Shown: positions 37,929 through 52,119 of the stretch, piece after piece | Position numbering within the stretch: the stretch's first letter is position 1 | How the letters are laid out: the number at the start of each line of letters is the position of its first letter | Origin: Eledone cirrhosa | Lineage: Eukaryota | Direction: 5' to 3' | Length of the DNA: 64,000 nucleotides | Assembly (NCBI GenBank): GCA_964016885.1 | Contig: OZ024741.1 | Span: 375,162,001 to 375,226,000 of the forward strand | Notes under the pieces: model-generated | Databases searched by the model: none | Told to the model about the DNA's origin: nothing | The model's input: only the letters and a program-made list of their open reading frames with translations | Program-made: the position numbers and the translations under genes

Positions 37929-38916
37929 TATACGCTTTGAATTCATACGCATGCACACCATAACAGTAATATATACTCTTTCCGTCCATAAACTTACGCA
38001 TGCCCACGATAACACAGTAATATACACCCTTTCAGTTTATACACATACGCATGCCCACGATAACACGGCAATATACACCCTACACATACGCATGTTCACG
38101 ATAACACGGTAATATACACCCTTTCAATTCATAGATATACGCATGCACACTAAAACACGTTAATATAACACTTTCCTGGCCCTAGTCTTAACGAAATACA
38201 TCCCTTTTAAATTGATTAATGAAGAATTTTGAGAAATTTACTAAAATTATTAATTATTTCATTACAAACTTAATATATAAAATTATGCAAGAAAATTTAA
38301 ATTTAAATCGGATCCCTTTAAAATGGGTTGTTTTCTTTCATAGAACGAGTTCTGATTTCTTGGGGATTGGTATGAAAAGTGTTAAACATATATGACACAC
38401 ACATATATGCAAATGTATATACACACACATACACACACTAACACACACACAAACACACACTTGCACACACACACGCGCGCGTGCGCACACACAAAAACAC
38501 ATACACACAACTCACACATCATACATGCACTCACCTTAATATACACAGACAGTGTCGGTACAATAACATTTAAAATACCTTGCGGTGTTTAATTACATCC
38601 CTTTACTTCAATTTTGCTTTTCATCCATCTGATGTTCACAAAAATGCATAAACCAAGTAACACACATACACACACACACACACATATACATATATATATA
38701 TATATACATACACACATGCATACATAGATACATAGATACATGCATACATAGTCAGAATAGGTAGTATTTATAAATAATTTTTTCTTATATAGGCACAAGG
38801 CCAGCAATTACCCACTACATTACTAAATAATAGTTCTGAAGTATTAAAGAACAAAGTATTCTATAATAGAAGTATTTTCTTCTCGAAAAAACACCGCATT
38901 AGTGTCTGCATTTATA

Positions 38917-39009
<93 letters not shown>

Positions 39010-39163
39010 TTATATATATATATATAAGAAAATGAGGTTTTTTAAATAAAAGAAAAACACGAGTGAAAGAGTAAAGAATATTTATTTGTTTCCTTTACCG
39101 GTTTCACAGTTGTTATGCTTTTCAAAAGTAGAATTGAGATGGGGGATTTGTGGTTTTTCTCGC

Positions 39164-39274
<111 letters not shown>

Positions 39275-39329
39275 CAGACAGACACACATATATATATACG
39301 GATTGGTTGGAATAGGTCGTCGTTAACTG

Positions 39330-40766
39330 AAACGTTTCTTGTTTAGGCACAAGGTCGGCAAATATTAGAAGAGGGTAATGTCGATTAAATCACTGCCAGT
39401 ATGTTACTGGTGCTTTATCTTATCAACCTCGGAAGGATGACAGACAAAGACGACATCGGCGAAATTTGAACTCAGTGCATAGAGAAACGGAACATAATGC
39501 TTTCAAATTTTGTAAAAATGCCAACAATTATGGAGCAAAGGTTATATTGACCCCAGTTCTTGACTGGTATTTTATTTTATCGAACACGGAATAAAGAAAG
39601 TGAAATTGGCATTTGTACGATTTCAGAGATCCGGAACAAATAATGGTTTCTGATTTAAGCACAAGTCCAACAATTTTGGGGGAGAGGAAACTCGATTAAA
39701 TCGACCCCAGTGCGTTACTGGTACTTTATTTTATCAACCTCGTAAGGATGAAAAGCAAAAACTAACCGCGGCGGAATTTGAACTCAGAACGTAAAGAGCC
39801 CAAAGTATGTTGTCTGACGCTCTACCAATACTGCCAAACCACCGCCTGCAGAACCAGTACAAAGTAATACAATACAATTTAACTGATCCACTAACGAATC
39901 CACAATACCTGGTCAGTATATGTAATATCCCAGCTTTTGATCCTTACAGCTCAGATTCGCTTTTTGAATAAATATAGCGAGGTTGATATGAACGGCTGAA
40001 ATCAGTAAAAGAATAAAAGATATATCTAATTACAGTATGTATATTATATATATGTTTCGAACCAAAGTTCGGTCACGATGTGGTAGTTCGGGCTGCTAGA
40101 AATAGCAACCAAATTTCCATCAAATTACACCCCACCGGCTTAGAAGATAAGTACAAATTATATAATGTGATCCCTTGCCATTCTGAGTTCAAATCCTGCC
40201 AAGGTTAACTTTGCCGTTCATCCTTACGCGGTCGATAAAATAAAGTACCAGTAATACACTGGATATTTGCCGGCCTTGTGCCAAAAGTAGAAACAATTAA
40301 TTATAATTAACAAATTAGAAAACAATAACAGTTAATTATGATTAACATCAAAGACAATCCTGAAAAATAATGGCTGGATGGAGATATTGGGAGACATCTA
40401 ACGGTTCAATATATATGTTGTCAGTGTGAGAAGCCTGACAGCAAGTGATGTTGGCAGCAGTCACAGAACAATAGGATCTTAATTGAAAACAATAAAATAA
40501 GATTAAAGAACAGGCTTATTGATTATTGTGAGTTTCAGAATTTTAGATTTGTATAATATTATATATAACAAGGTAAGGTGGTGAACTGGCAGTATCGGGA
40601 GAGGGTCGGACGCCATGCTTTCCACCATAGTTACGTCCCTTTACGGTCTGAGTTCAAATCCCGCCGAGGTTGACTTTGCCTTTCATTCTTACGGGGTCGA
40701 TAAAATAAAGTACCAGTAATGCACTGGGTAATTGCTGGCCTTGTGCCTAAAGTAGAAACAATTATA
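39330..40766. mobile_element. Intronic SINE copies (39330-, 39640-, 40175+, 40577+)
   Basis: Family motifs. Confidence 0.75.
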
Positions 40767-41100
40767 TATAACAAGGTATTTTGTGGGAGTTACATTCTTT
40801 GTAGTGAGTTTAGAGGTCGGAGGTGGTGGGATTGGTGGTGGAGGTGGTGATGATGGCGGTGGTTCTGGTGGTAGTGATGGTGGTGGTTGTTGTGGTGGTA
40901 GTGGTGCTGTTGTTGGTGGTTGTAGTGAGTTTAGAGGTAGGACGGAGATGTGGTGGTAGCTGTGGTGGTGGTTGTTGATTGTGATGATGTTGGTGGTGGT
41001 GGTGGTGTTGGTGGTGGTGGTATCGGTGTTGGTGGTGGTGGGAAATACGATGAGAAATCGTGTCTGCTGTGTGTGTGTGTGGTATGTATTTGTGTGTCTG

Positions 41101-41145
<45 letters not shown>

Positions 41146-41161
41146 TAGTATGCATGTGTCT

Positions 41162-41212
<51 letters not shown>

Positions 41213-41494
41213 GTGAGTTTTCCTGCTCAGTGTGTGTGTGTGGTCTGTTTGTGTGTGTATCTCTGGTGTGTCTGGTCTGTATGTGTCTGGTGTTGGTATC
41301 TGTGTGTATGTGACTAATGTGTCTACGTGTTTGTGTGCGACTTATGTGTGTTTGTGTGTCTGGTGTATGTTTGCGTGTTATGTGTGTATTTTTGTCTTAT
41401 GTGTGTGTGTCTGGTGTATGTTTGTGTGTGAGTTTTGACTGGTGTATGTGCGTGAGGCTGATGTGTGTTTGTGTGACTGGTGTGTTTGTGTGTC

Positions 41495-41544
<50 letters not shown>

Positions 41545-42021
41545 GAAGTGCAACTACGATTAAGTCGGTGAAATATCGACCAAGCAATAAATAAATAAAA
41601 CAAACCAACAAACATAATATATAAATATATAAATAAACAAATAAAACAAAAAGAAGACAGCTTCTGATGACGCAATCAAAAATGCTAAGAAAGATTGCCA
41701 AATGCAATTCTTGTGATAAGCTCTTAAGAAACACAATTGTTGGGAGCGGCTGATAAATCTGGGACAACATTATAGGATGACAGACAGTAAAAGCAAACGA
41801 TGTGTAGAATTTAATGGAACTATTTCAGACACTACCATATTTCCCGCCATCTTTGTGGCAGCTGGCTGTTGAAACCATGTGCTGCTAATAAATAATTGCT
41901 TCTACTTTTGGCTCAAGACCAGAAATTACCCAGTGTATTACTGGTACTTTATTTTATCAAACCCCACGATAAATAATAGACAATCGACTTCTCAGAAGTT
42001 CATGCACACACTCACACACAG

Positions 42022-42091
<70 letters not shown>

Positions 42092-42867
42092 TCACACACA
42101 CACATACACATACATACATACATACATACATACATACATACATACATACATACATACTTACATAACTACATGCCACAAAGAATGTTGGCTGACGCTCTAC
42201 CGATCTACTAATCCACCACCCAATAGTTAGTAATAATGGTTTCAGAAAAAAATATACATTTCTACATTTTCACCTAAAGTACAAAACACTTCAGGAATAG
42301 TCATCTGTAACATCATGTAACTGTTTATGAAGATGTGATATCCCAAATTACACTACACTATAGATGCACACAGCACCTTGTCCCCTCCCCCACACACACA
42401 TATATATTGTTATACTTTGGCAGGGTCATGCTGCCAATAAAATCACACATGCACCTGTTGGTTTCCACTTCAATTTATTATAAATTTCCGGTGGGTTGGT
42501 TGTATCTGTTTCAACACACGTTTTCAGATAAGAAATCTTGCAAAACAAATTCAAAAACGAAGTATATACACTCATATATATATATATATATACACTCATA
42601 TATATATATACATGTATATGTATGTGTGTCTGTGTAAGCATGTATTTGTGATAAATGTACATACACGTGGACGAACAACTATAAATGTTGTATATATTCT
42701 TGCGTTTACATATTACCGAACAAGCTCGCTCTCACACAAATGAATGCATACGTGTGCGAGTATATATATCTATATATATATATATATATAACGAAGGAGG
42801 TGTGGTAAGGAACCAGATGGGCCATAACGCACCAGAGTACTCAATACTTAGGGTAGTAGAGTGGGTA

Positions 42868-42977
42868 ATAGGAAAAAGTATAACCCCGACGGCAGAGCTC
42901 AAGTCGTTTCGACGGCTATTTCTGGACAGAAATAGCCGTCGAAACGACTTGAGCTCTGCCGTCAGGGTTATACTTTT

Positions 42978-42983
<6 letters not shown>
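42868..42983. repeat. 116-bp near-perfect palindrome (57-bp arms, 2 mismatches, 2-nt loop)
   Basis: ...GCTCAAGTCGTTTCGACGGCTATTTCTG-GA-CAGAAATAGCCGTCGAAACGACTTGAGC... Confidence 0.92.
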
Positions 42984-43066
<83 letters not shown>

Positions 43067-44241
43067 GTATGCGTGTACGTATACATACATATAAACACAC
43101 TCACACACAAAACAAAACACACACATTTAAATTCAGTGTGACACTGTGTGACAAGGCTGACCCTTTTGATTCCAAGTAGACCCATCACCAGGATTGGGTG
43201 CTTGGGTAAAGTGTGTTGATGGGGATAGGGTATGTGGAGGTCTTTAGAACAATCTGGGTGGGTTCTTTTTAGCAAAGAACATATGTCAGGACGTTTCTTC
43301 TTTATATACTCTAGTTTCTAAATCTGAGGGTGCAATCATTGAAATGGAGGGAACAGCGCCATCCAGTGACCCCCACCCCACTCCTACCCCTTGGTGACGG
43401 ATCCGATTACAGGTGTTCCCTATCTGACGGTCCTCGAAATAGTTTCCATCAAGTTAATTTCACTCAAAAGGCTCGGATCAACGAGAGGTTGTAATAAACG
43501 ACACCAGCTTCTGATGCCACGTGCAGTTATGTATAAGTACATACATGACCGAACCGAGAAAATGTTTTCTTACGATCGTGATGTTGCATTTCGATTATAT
43601 TGGTCGGCACCTGATGTATCGATTTCTACCATGGCAGATTCAAGGAATGAGAGTGATAATTAGTTGACAGGAACTAAGTCGAAGCTCGTCCTGTGGGTGG
43701 TACCTGTAATTGCAGGAGGTTGCCTGCCTTACTTCTCTTTATAAACACCAATCATTATAATGATATTTTAAAAAATAATACTTTATTCTTTTACTGGTCT
43801 CAGTCATTGGACTGCGGCAATACTGGGGCATCGATCGCCTTCACAGGATTTTGTCAATCATATCATCTCCAGTTGGGTGTGGACAGTGGCGTGCAGAGCT
43901 CTGATGATACCCGGGGCCAATATTGATTGTATGCCCCAAAGATATAAGGTCTAATATACTGAGAAATATGAGAAATGAAAATATTTTGAATATATAAACA
44001 CAGATGAAATATGAAATAAACGCTTTATTCGATTTTAATATAAATCAATCAAATTTATTAAGTTCTTTTCCCCAAATGATGTTCCCCGTCCAAAGGATGC
44101 CCCCCCCCCTCTGCACGCTACTGGGTGTGAAGCGAATTCCTAGATTACTTCATCAAATATGTTAGATACGATAGTTGGTGTATGCAGAAGAGAAAGTAAT
44201 TGATGGATTTTCAGAATGGTTTTATTTATTGAAATTTTTAG

Positions 44242-44437
44242 GTAAAGTTGTGTCAACGGCACCAGAACGTAACGAGACGGAAGAGAACTTCGATTCGGTG
44301 TGGGATATTGATGCTGAAATCATTGTTATTTGGGCTGCTGGAGCAATAGTATTGGTTACTCTCTTGACCATGCTAATCTGCTTCTTGGCCATTCGTAGAA
44401 AACAAGAACGTACAGAAGATTCAGCAGTTCGGACCAG
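44242..44437 (+). CDS. Host gene exon 2: short ectodomain + transmembrane helix
   Basis: TTTTTAG acceptor, GTAAAT donor; NET sequon, IIVIWAAGAIVLVTLLTMLICFLAI followed by RRK. Confidence 0.8.
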
Positions 44438-44519
44438 GTAAATACACATTAGTTTCTTTCCTCATTATTTTGACGTCGTTTCTTGAATGTATAGTGTATG
44501 GGGTATGGATATATTTCTT

Positions 44520-46030
44520 TATGGTGGTGGTGTTAGTGATGGTGGTGGTGTTGGTTGTGGTGGTGGTGGTGGTGTTAGTGATGGTGGTGGTGGTGTTAGT
44601 TGTGGTGGTGGTGTTAGTGATGGTGTTGGTTGTGGTTGTGGTGGTGTTGGTTGTGGTTGTGGTGGTGGTGTTAGTGGTGGTGTTGGTTGTTGTGCTGGTG
44701 GTGTTAGTGACGGTGTTGGTTGATGTTGTGGTGGTGGTGTTAGTGATGGTGTTGGATGTTGTTGTGGTGGTGGTGTTAGTGATGGTGTTGGTTGTGGTTG
44801 TGATGGTGGTGTTAGTGATGGTGTTGGTTGTGGTTGTGGTGGTGGTGTTAGTGGTGGTGTTGGCTGTTGTTGTGCTGGTGGTGTTAGTGACGGTGTTGGT
44901 TGATGTTGTGGTGGTGGTGTTAGTGATGGTGTTGGATGTTGTTGTGGTGGTGGTGTTAGTGATGGTGTTGGATGTTGTTGTGGTGGTGGTGTTAGTGATG
45001 GTGTTGGTTGTGGTTGTGGTGGTGGTGTTAGTGATGGTGTTGGTTGTGGTTGTGGTGGTGGTGTTAGTGGTGGTGTTGGTTGTGGTTGTGGTGGTGGTGT
45101 TAGTGGTGGTGTTGGTTGTGGTTGTGGTGGTGGTGTTAGTGGTGGTGTTGGTTGTGGTTGTGATGGTGGTGTTAGTGATGGTGTTGGTTGTTGTTGTGGT
45201 GGTGGTGTTAGTGATGGTGTTGGATGTTGTTGTGGTGGTAGTGTTAGTGATGGTGTTGGTTGTGGTTGTGGTGGTGGTGTTAGTGGTGGTGTTGGTTGTG
45301 GTTGTGGTGGTGGTGTTAGTGATGGTGTTGGTTGTTGTTGTGGTGGTGGTGTTAGTGATGGTGGTGGTGTTAGTGATGGTGTTGGTTGTGGTTGTGGTGT
45401 GGTGTTAGTGATGGTGTTGGTTGTTGTTGTGGTGGTAGTGTTAGTGATGGTGTTGGTTGTGGTTGTGATGGTGGTGTTAGTGATGGTGTTGGTTGTGGTT
45501 GTGGTGGTGGTGTTAGTGATGGTGTTGGTTGTTGTTGTGGTGGTAGTGTTAGTGATGGTGTTGGTTGTGGTTGTGGTGGTGGTGTTAGTGATGGTGTTGG
45601 TTGTGGTTGTGGTGGTGGTGTTAGTGATGGTGTTGGTTGTTGTTGTGGTGGTGGTGTTAGTGATGGTGTTGGTTGTGGTTGTGATGGTGGTGTTAGTGAT
45701 GGTGTTGGTTGTTGTTGTGGTGGTAGTGTTAGTGGTGGTGTTGGTTGTGGTTGTGATGGTGGTGTTAGTGATGGTGTTGGTTGTGGTTGTGGTGGTGGTG
45801 TTAGTGATGGTGTTGGTTGTTGTTGTGGTGGTGGTGTTAGTGATGGTGTTGGTTGTGGTTGTGATGGTGGTGTTAGTGATGGTGTTGGTTGTTGTTGTGG
45901 TGGTAGTGTTAGTGGTGGTGTTGGTTGTGGTTGTGATGGTGGTGTTAGTGATGGTGTTGGTTGTGGTTGTGGTGGTGGTGTTAGTGATGGTGTTGGTTGT
46001 TGTTGTGGTGGTGGTCTTGGCTGTTGTTGT
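44520..46030. repeat. 36-bp GT-rich minisatellite (GGTGGTGGTGTTAGTGATGGTGTTGGTTGTGGTTGT)n
   Basis: Direct reading; intronic. Confidence 0.9.
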
Positions 46031-46489
46031 GGTGGTGGTCTTGGTTGTTGTTGTTGTGGTAGTGGTGTTAGTGGTGGGGTTGGTTGTTGTTGTGGTAGTG
46101 GTATTAGTGACGGTGTTGGTTGTTGTTGTGGTGGTGGTGCTTGTGTCGGTATTGGTTGTGGTGGTGGTGGGGCTTGTGACAGTGTTGATGGTGGTGCTTG
46201 TGGTGGTGGTGGTGCTTGTGTCGGTGTTGATTGTGATCGTGGTGATGGTGGGGTTTGGCTGTTGTTGGTATGGGTGGCAGTGGAGGTGGTGATGTTGTTG
46301 TTGTTGTTGTGGGTGATGGTGGCAGTGGTGGTGATGGTTGAGATGGTGGTGGTGGTTATGGTAGTATTGGTGGTGGTGTTGTGGTGGTGATGGTGGAGGT
46401 GGTGGTTATGGTTGTTTGTGGTAGTGGTGGTGTGGTTGTAGTGTTGGTGGTGGTGGTAGTGTAGTTGTATTGATGGTTGTGGTTGTGGT

Positions 46490-48870
46490 TGTGGTAGTTG
46501 TGGTTGTGGCGGCGATAGTGTGGTTTGTAGTGGTGGTGGTAGTTGTGGTTGTGGTGGTGATAGTGTTGTTTGTAGTGGTGGTGGTAGTTGTGGTTGTGGT
46601 GGCGATAGTGTGGTTTGTAGTGGTGGTGGTAGTTGTGGTTGTGGTGGCGATAGTGTGGTTTGTAGTGGTGGTGGTAGTTGTGGTTGTGGTGGCGATAGTG
46701 TGGTTTGTAGTGGTGGTGGGGGTAATTGTGGTTGTAGTGGCGATAGTGTGGTTTGTAGTGGTGGTGGTGGGTAATTGTGGTTGTGGTGGCGATAGTGTGG
46801 TTTGTAGTGCTGGTGGTAGTTGTGGTTGTGATGGCGATAGTGTGGTTTGTAGTGGTGGTGGGTAATTGTGGTTGTGGTGGCGATAGTGTGGTTTGTAGTG
46901 GTGGTGGTAGTTGTGGTTGTGATGGCGATAGTGTGGTTTGTAGTGCTGGTGGTAGTTGTGGTTGTGATGGCGATAGTGTGGTTTGTAGTGGTGGTGGGTA
47001 ATTGTGGTTGTGGTGGCGATAGTGTGGTTTGTAGTGGTGGTGGTAGTTGTGGTTGTCATGGCGATAGTGTGGTTTGTAGTGGTGGTGGTAGTTGTGGTTG
47101 TGGTGGCGATAGTGTGGTTTGTAGTGGTGGTGGTAGTTGTGGTTGTGATGGCGATAGTGTGGTTTGTAGTGGTGGTGGTAGTTGTGGTTGTGGTGGCGAT
47201 AGTGTGGTTTGTAGTGGTGGTGGTAGTTGTGGTTGTGGTGGCGATAGTGTCGTTTGTAGTGGTGGTGGTAGTTGTGGTTGTGATGGCGATAGTGTGGTTT
47301 GTAGTGGTGGTGGTAGTTGTGGTTGTGATGGCGATAGTGTGGTTTGTAGTGGTGGTGGTAGTTGTGGTTGTGGTGGCGATAGTGTGGTCTGTAGTGGTGG
47401 TGGTAGTTGTGGTTGTGGTGGCGATAGTGTGGTTTGTAGTGGTGGTGGTAGTTGTGGTTGTGGTGGTGATAGTGTGGTTTGTAGTGGTCGTGGTAGTTGT
47501 GGTTGTGATGGCGATAGTGTGGTTTGTAGTGGTGGTGGTAGTTGTGGTTGTGGTGGTGATAGTGTGGTTTGTAGTGGTGGTGGTAGTTGTGGTTGTGATG
47601 GCGATAGTGTGGTTTGTAGTGGTGGTGGTAGTTGTGGTTGTGATGGCGATAGTGTGGTTTGTAGTGGTGGTGGTAGTTGTGGCTGTGATGGCGATAGTGT
47701 GGTTTGTAGTGGTGGTGGTAGTTGTGTTTGTGATGGCGATAGTGTGGTTTGTAGTGGTGGTGGTAGTTGTGGTTGTGATGGCGATAGTGTGGTTTGTAGT
47801 GGTGGTGGGTAATTGTGGTTGTGATGGCGATAGTGTGGTTTGTAGTGGTCGTGGTAGTTGTGGTTGTGATGGCGATAGTGTGGTTTGTAGTGGTGGTGGT
47901 AGTTGTGGTTGTGATGGCGATAGTGTGGTTTGTAGTGGTGGTGGTAGTTGTGGGTTGTAGTGGTGGTGGTAGTTGTGGTTGTGGTGGTGATAGTGTGGTT
48001 TGTAGTGGTCGTGGTAGTTGTGGTTGTGATGGCGATAGTGTGGTTTGTAGTGGTGGTGGTAGTTGTGTTTGTGGTGGCGATAGTGTGGTTTGTAGTGGTG
48101 GTGGTAGTTGTGGTTGTGGTGGCCATAGTGTGGTTTGTAGTGGTGGTGGTGGTAGTTGTGGTTGTGATGGCGATAGTGTGGTTTGTAGTGGTCGTGGTAG
48201 TTGTGGTTGTGGTGGCGATAGTGTGGTTTGTAGTGGTGGTGGTAGTTGTGGTTGTGGTGGCGATAGTGTGGTCTGTAGTGGTGGTGGTAGTTGTGGTTGT
48301 GATGGCGATAGTGTGGTTTGTAGTGGTGGTGGTAGTTGTGGTTGTGGTGGCGATAGTGTGGTTTGTAGTGGTGGTGGTAGTTGTGGTTGTGGTGGCGATA
48401 GTGTGGTTTGTAGTGGTGGCGGTAATTGTGGTTGCGGTGGTGATAGTGTGGTTTGTAGTGGTGGTGGTAGTTGTGGTTGTGGTGGCGATAGTGTGGTTTG
48501 TAGTGGTGGTGGTAGTTGTGGTGGCGATAGTGTGGTTTGTAGTGGTGGTGGTGGTTGTGGTTCTGGTGGCGATAGTGTGGTTTGTAGTGGTGGTGGTAGT
48601 TGTGGTTGTGGTGGCCATAGTGTGGTTTGTAGTGGTGGTGGTAGTTGTGGTTTTGGTGGCGATAGTGTGGTTTGTAGTGGTGGTGGCGATAGTGTGGTTT
48701 GTAGTGGTGGTGGTAGTTGTGGTTGTGGTGGTGATAGTGTGGTTTGTAGTGGTGGTGGTAGTTGTGGTTGTGGTGGCCATAGTGTGGTTTGTAGTGGTGG
48801 TGGTAGTTGTGGTTGTGGTGGCGATAGTGTGGTTTGTAGTGGTGGTGGTAGTTGTGGTTGTGATGGTGAC
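46490..48870. repeat. 45-bp GT-rich minisatellite (GATAGTGTGGTTTGTAGTGGTGGTGGTAGTTGTGGTTGTGGTGGC)n
   Basis: About 50 units; intronic. Confidence 0.92.
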
Positions 48871-49862
48871 AGTTGGGATTCTAGTGGTTGTGGGAGAATG
48901 AGGAAGACTAAAATCAGAAAGAAGAAGGCAAAAGCATGTGGATTTTTGACGAGACACGAAAGAGTTCATTGAAGTAAAAGGGATCCAATGATAGGCATTA
49001 AACATTTCACAATCTTTCTAGAGATTATATAGTTACGTATCCATTACGGAAAGCGATGGATATTTCAACGATGGAGACGTCTGGCGTTTTGGGTTCCTGA
49101 ATTACGTCCCTTCTCGCTACTTTCAGGACAGAATTGGTTATCGGCAATAATGGATTCCGTGAATTGGAATGGCTATTTCAACGCGTCTCTCACGCTATCC
49201 ACCCTCCGGGTACAAGGCCTTTTCTATTGTGTCCGCTGAAACAATGAGGCGGCATACGCTTGAGATTCTGCACGTTGGTGGGGCAGTAAGGACGAACGGT
49301 GCTTTGGGAAAGCCAGTAAAAAGAAGGAATACAGGAGCAAAATAAGACAAAGAAGATGAAACCAGACAACAGTTTACCTAATAATGCCTGATATTTAGGG
49401 GTTAGGCCCTCTATCTACAGAAAGGAAATGGAGTGTGATGCTACCTTATTTTACACATATTTTCCCTCTTTTATTTCTAACTTGCATTATATTGAATTTC
49501 CCAAAACAACTCTAACCATATATTTCACAATGCTTCATATAAACTATACTACTTAGAATTTTTTAATATTTTAAGCCTGTTAAGAGTTGATATAATAAAT
49601 CTTCCAATCTCGTGGGACTTCTAAGTTATGTCGGCGATACACGAAAGTATAACCATAACGTCGATATTGTTATACTGGTGAAGTTAATGTCAACAAAGTT
49701 CTGCTTCATTTTGATTCTAACTACATTATATGTATCTCTTATTTATGCCCATGAGTCTATCTAGAGAAAACTGGCTATTTCTGCTTTGAATATCTTTGTT
49801 AAAAATCTTTAGGATAATCTACCTGTGAACAATTATATGGTTTTGTGAATGCAAGCACAAAG

Positions 49863-49894
<32 letters not shown>

Positions 49895-49927
49895 GGGGAG
49901 ATAGAGAGAAAGAGAGAGAGGGGGTGG

Positions 49928-49996
<69 letters not shown>

Positions 49997-50075
49997 GGAG
50001 AGTGGGGTGAGAGAGAGAGGGGAGTTATTAACATTGGTCTGCACGACTGAATTTTAGTTCGTTTAATTTCTTCAG

Positions 50076-50612
50076 ATCTCGCAATGAAGAGTCAGGCAAC
50101 CCCAGCAGCACCAGAATAGGAGTCAGTAGTGCTGATGGTGTCGGCGGTGAGAATCCGGCATACACAAGCAACAACGACGAAGTAAACGGCTTGTTCAACA
50201 TACGACATCCTCGAGCGGTCAACTCGCTGTCACGTGTCAGTGGTCAAGCCAGGAATCACGGCGAACATCAATGGAATTCTTGCCCACAAACACAACATCA
50301 TCTTCCAGATGCTGATGGAGGCTTCCATCAAATGTCTCTCCCACCGAGTCACATAACAGAAGCTAGTCCTAGTTATTATCCAGGTCCACCACCACCATCT
50401 CCACCACCTGATCTCTTTACACAGAACAATTTAAATATTCCGGCACCTGACTATAGAACAGCATATATTATGCGTAATGAAGAATACGTGCTCGACCCTT
50501 ACTTCCTAGCTTCAGCTCCCCCGCCTTATACACGTTATGCTGAAAATTACCACCCTACTGGCCCAGCAGACACACCCTGTTCTTTACCAGTTAGAAGTGA
50601 ACGGTCATACAG
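50076..50612 (+). CDS. Host gene exon 3: cytoplasmic tail with NPAY, polyproline and PPPY motifs
   Basis: TTTCTTCAG acceptor, GTGAGT donor; phase 2/2, open throughout and in frame with ORF 50191-50616. Confidence 0.82.
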
Positions 50613-50776
50613 GTGAGTTGTTTATATAGTTTTCTTTTTATTATTTAAGTTAATGTTAACATATTTACTTCAATATATATATATATGTAAACAGTAGTAA
50701 TAATAAGTACAAAGACCAAAACCCAGAGAGGAGTCGATAAGAGTTGTATATATCTATATATCTATATCTATATATA

Positions 50777-50873
<97 letters not shown>

Positions 50874-52097
50874 TATATATATATCTTATATATATATATA
50901 TAAAGCCATAGAGTAAATATTTAACATTAGCACAGATTAAAGGTTTAAGCAAACAATTTCTGCTTTCACCACACACACACATATATATAGAAATAATTAA
51001 TCTTATTTTAAGTTTTTGGCAAGTGCAGGAGACAACTCCAGAGATGTTTTTATATTATTATGACCTTCTCAGTGAAGCATAATTGCCTTGAAATATATTG
51101 TTATATAGTACCACATTACTAATATAGTGGCTTGAGATTTTTTTCATGAGGTATAGCCTTTACTGTGAAAATAATATAGTAAATATAGAGTAATGTAAAT
51201 GTAGGAAAAGGCAATGGCTCTACGGGTCGACAGTGTAAAAATACACACACACATGTACACCAGGTCCGTACACAGAGGAGCCGAACTCCCACTGTCCTCG
51301 TCTCCGTCTCTTCCGCCCTCCCCAGCTATTATGAGCAAATGGGGTCCCATGCGCTGATCGCTCCACGGCCCCGGCGGATAGTTGTACTAACTTTACTAAC
51401 TGAGACAATTCTATAAGATACAATGCACTTCTATAGATGACATTTGTCACTCATAGAAAAAGAAATCCCTTTAAAACTTTCAAAACTTATAACTCCCCTG
51501 TTGCTATTATTATTCGACATACGTCCATTCATTCCCTTCTTTACTTCAGAACCAACGAACAATTGTAGATCCAATGAAAGAACTCCTATCTATGTGGTCA
51601 CTCCACCGGTTAGAAATATAACCAAATCTTCCTCACATTACACTCAAATATAGAAAAGTCACATTTAATAATGTAGTCTTAGATACCCTTAAGAAGACAG
51701 TATATTTCACGGATGAAATACCTTTGATCATAGGTCTTCTGGACTATATTACAATGACAGCAACATCATCATCATCATTATTTGTGGGGCGTGTCCGAAA
51801 CAATATGGGCTTAAGACACAAGTCTTGCTCATACGTTCCATATTTTGGCATTGTTTCTACAGCTGAATGCTATTCCTGATGTCAACCACTTTGCAGAGTG
51901 TACTGGGTGTATTTTATCGTGGCACCAGCAGTAACATTTTAAAGAATGCATTGGGTGCATTTTATTGTAGCACTAACACTATGGAGGTTGTCGTGTAATT
52001 GGCAAGACTGAAAAGTCATCTTTACCTTATATTGCCATGACTTGTCTTGTAAATGCCACCAACTATTTTATCGAATTATTTCTTTTTATATTTTCAG

Positions 52098-52119
52098 AGC
52101 GGCGTATGATTATTTCTGA
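52098..52119 (+). CDS. Host gene last coding exon (R-AAYDYF*)
   Basis: TCTTTTTATATTTTCAG acceptor; phase 2 gives R A A Y D Y F TGA; total CDS 789 nt. Confidence 0.65.

Noticed and set aside
44470-49005. Long poly-V, Gly/Cys-rich and mucin-like (649 aa) ORFs
   Set aside because: Translations of 36/45-bp minisatellites, open in several frames on both strands, inside an intron of the reconstructed gene.
49050-49330. GC-richer intronic patch as a possible extra exon
   Set aside because: No convincing splice sites or recognisable reading frame; exons 2 and 3 already join in phase.
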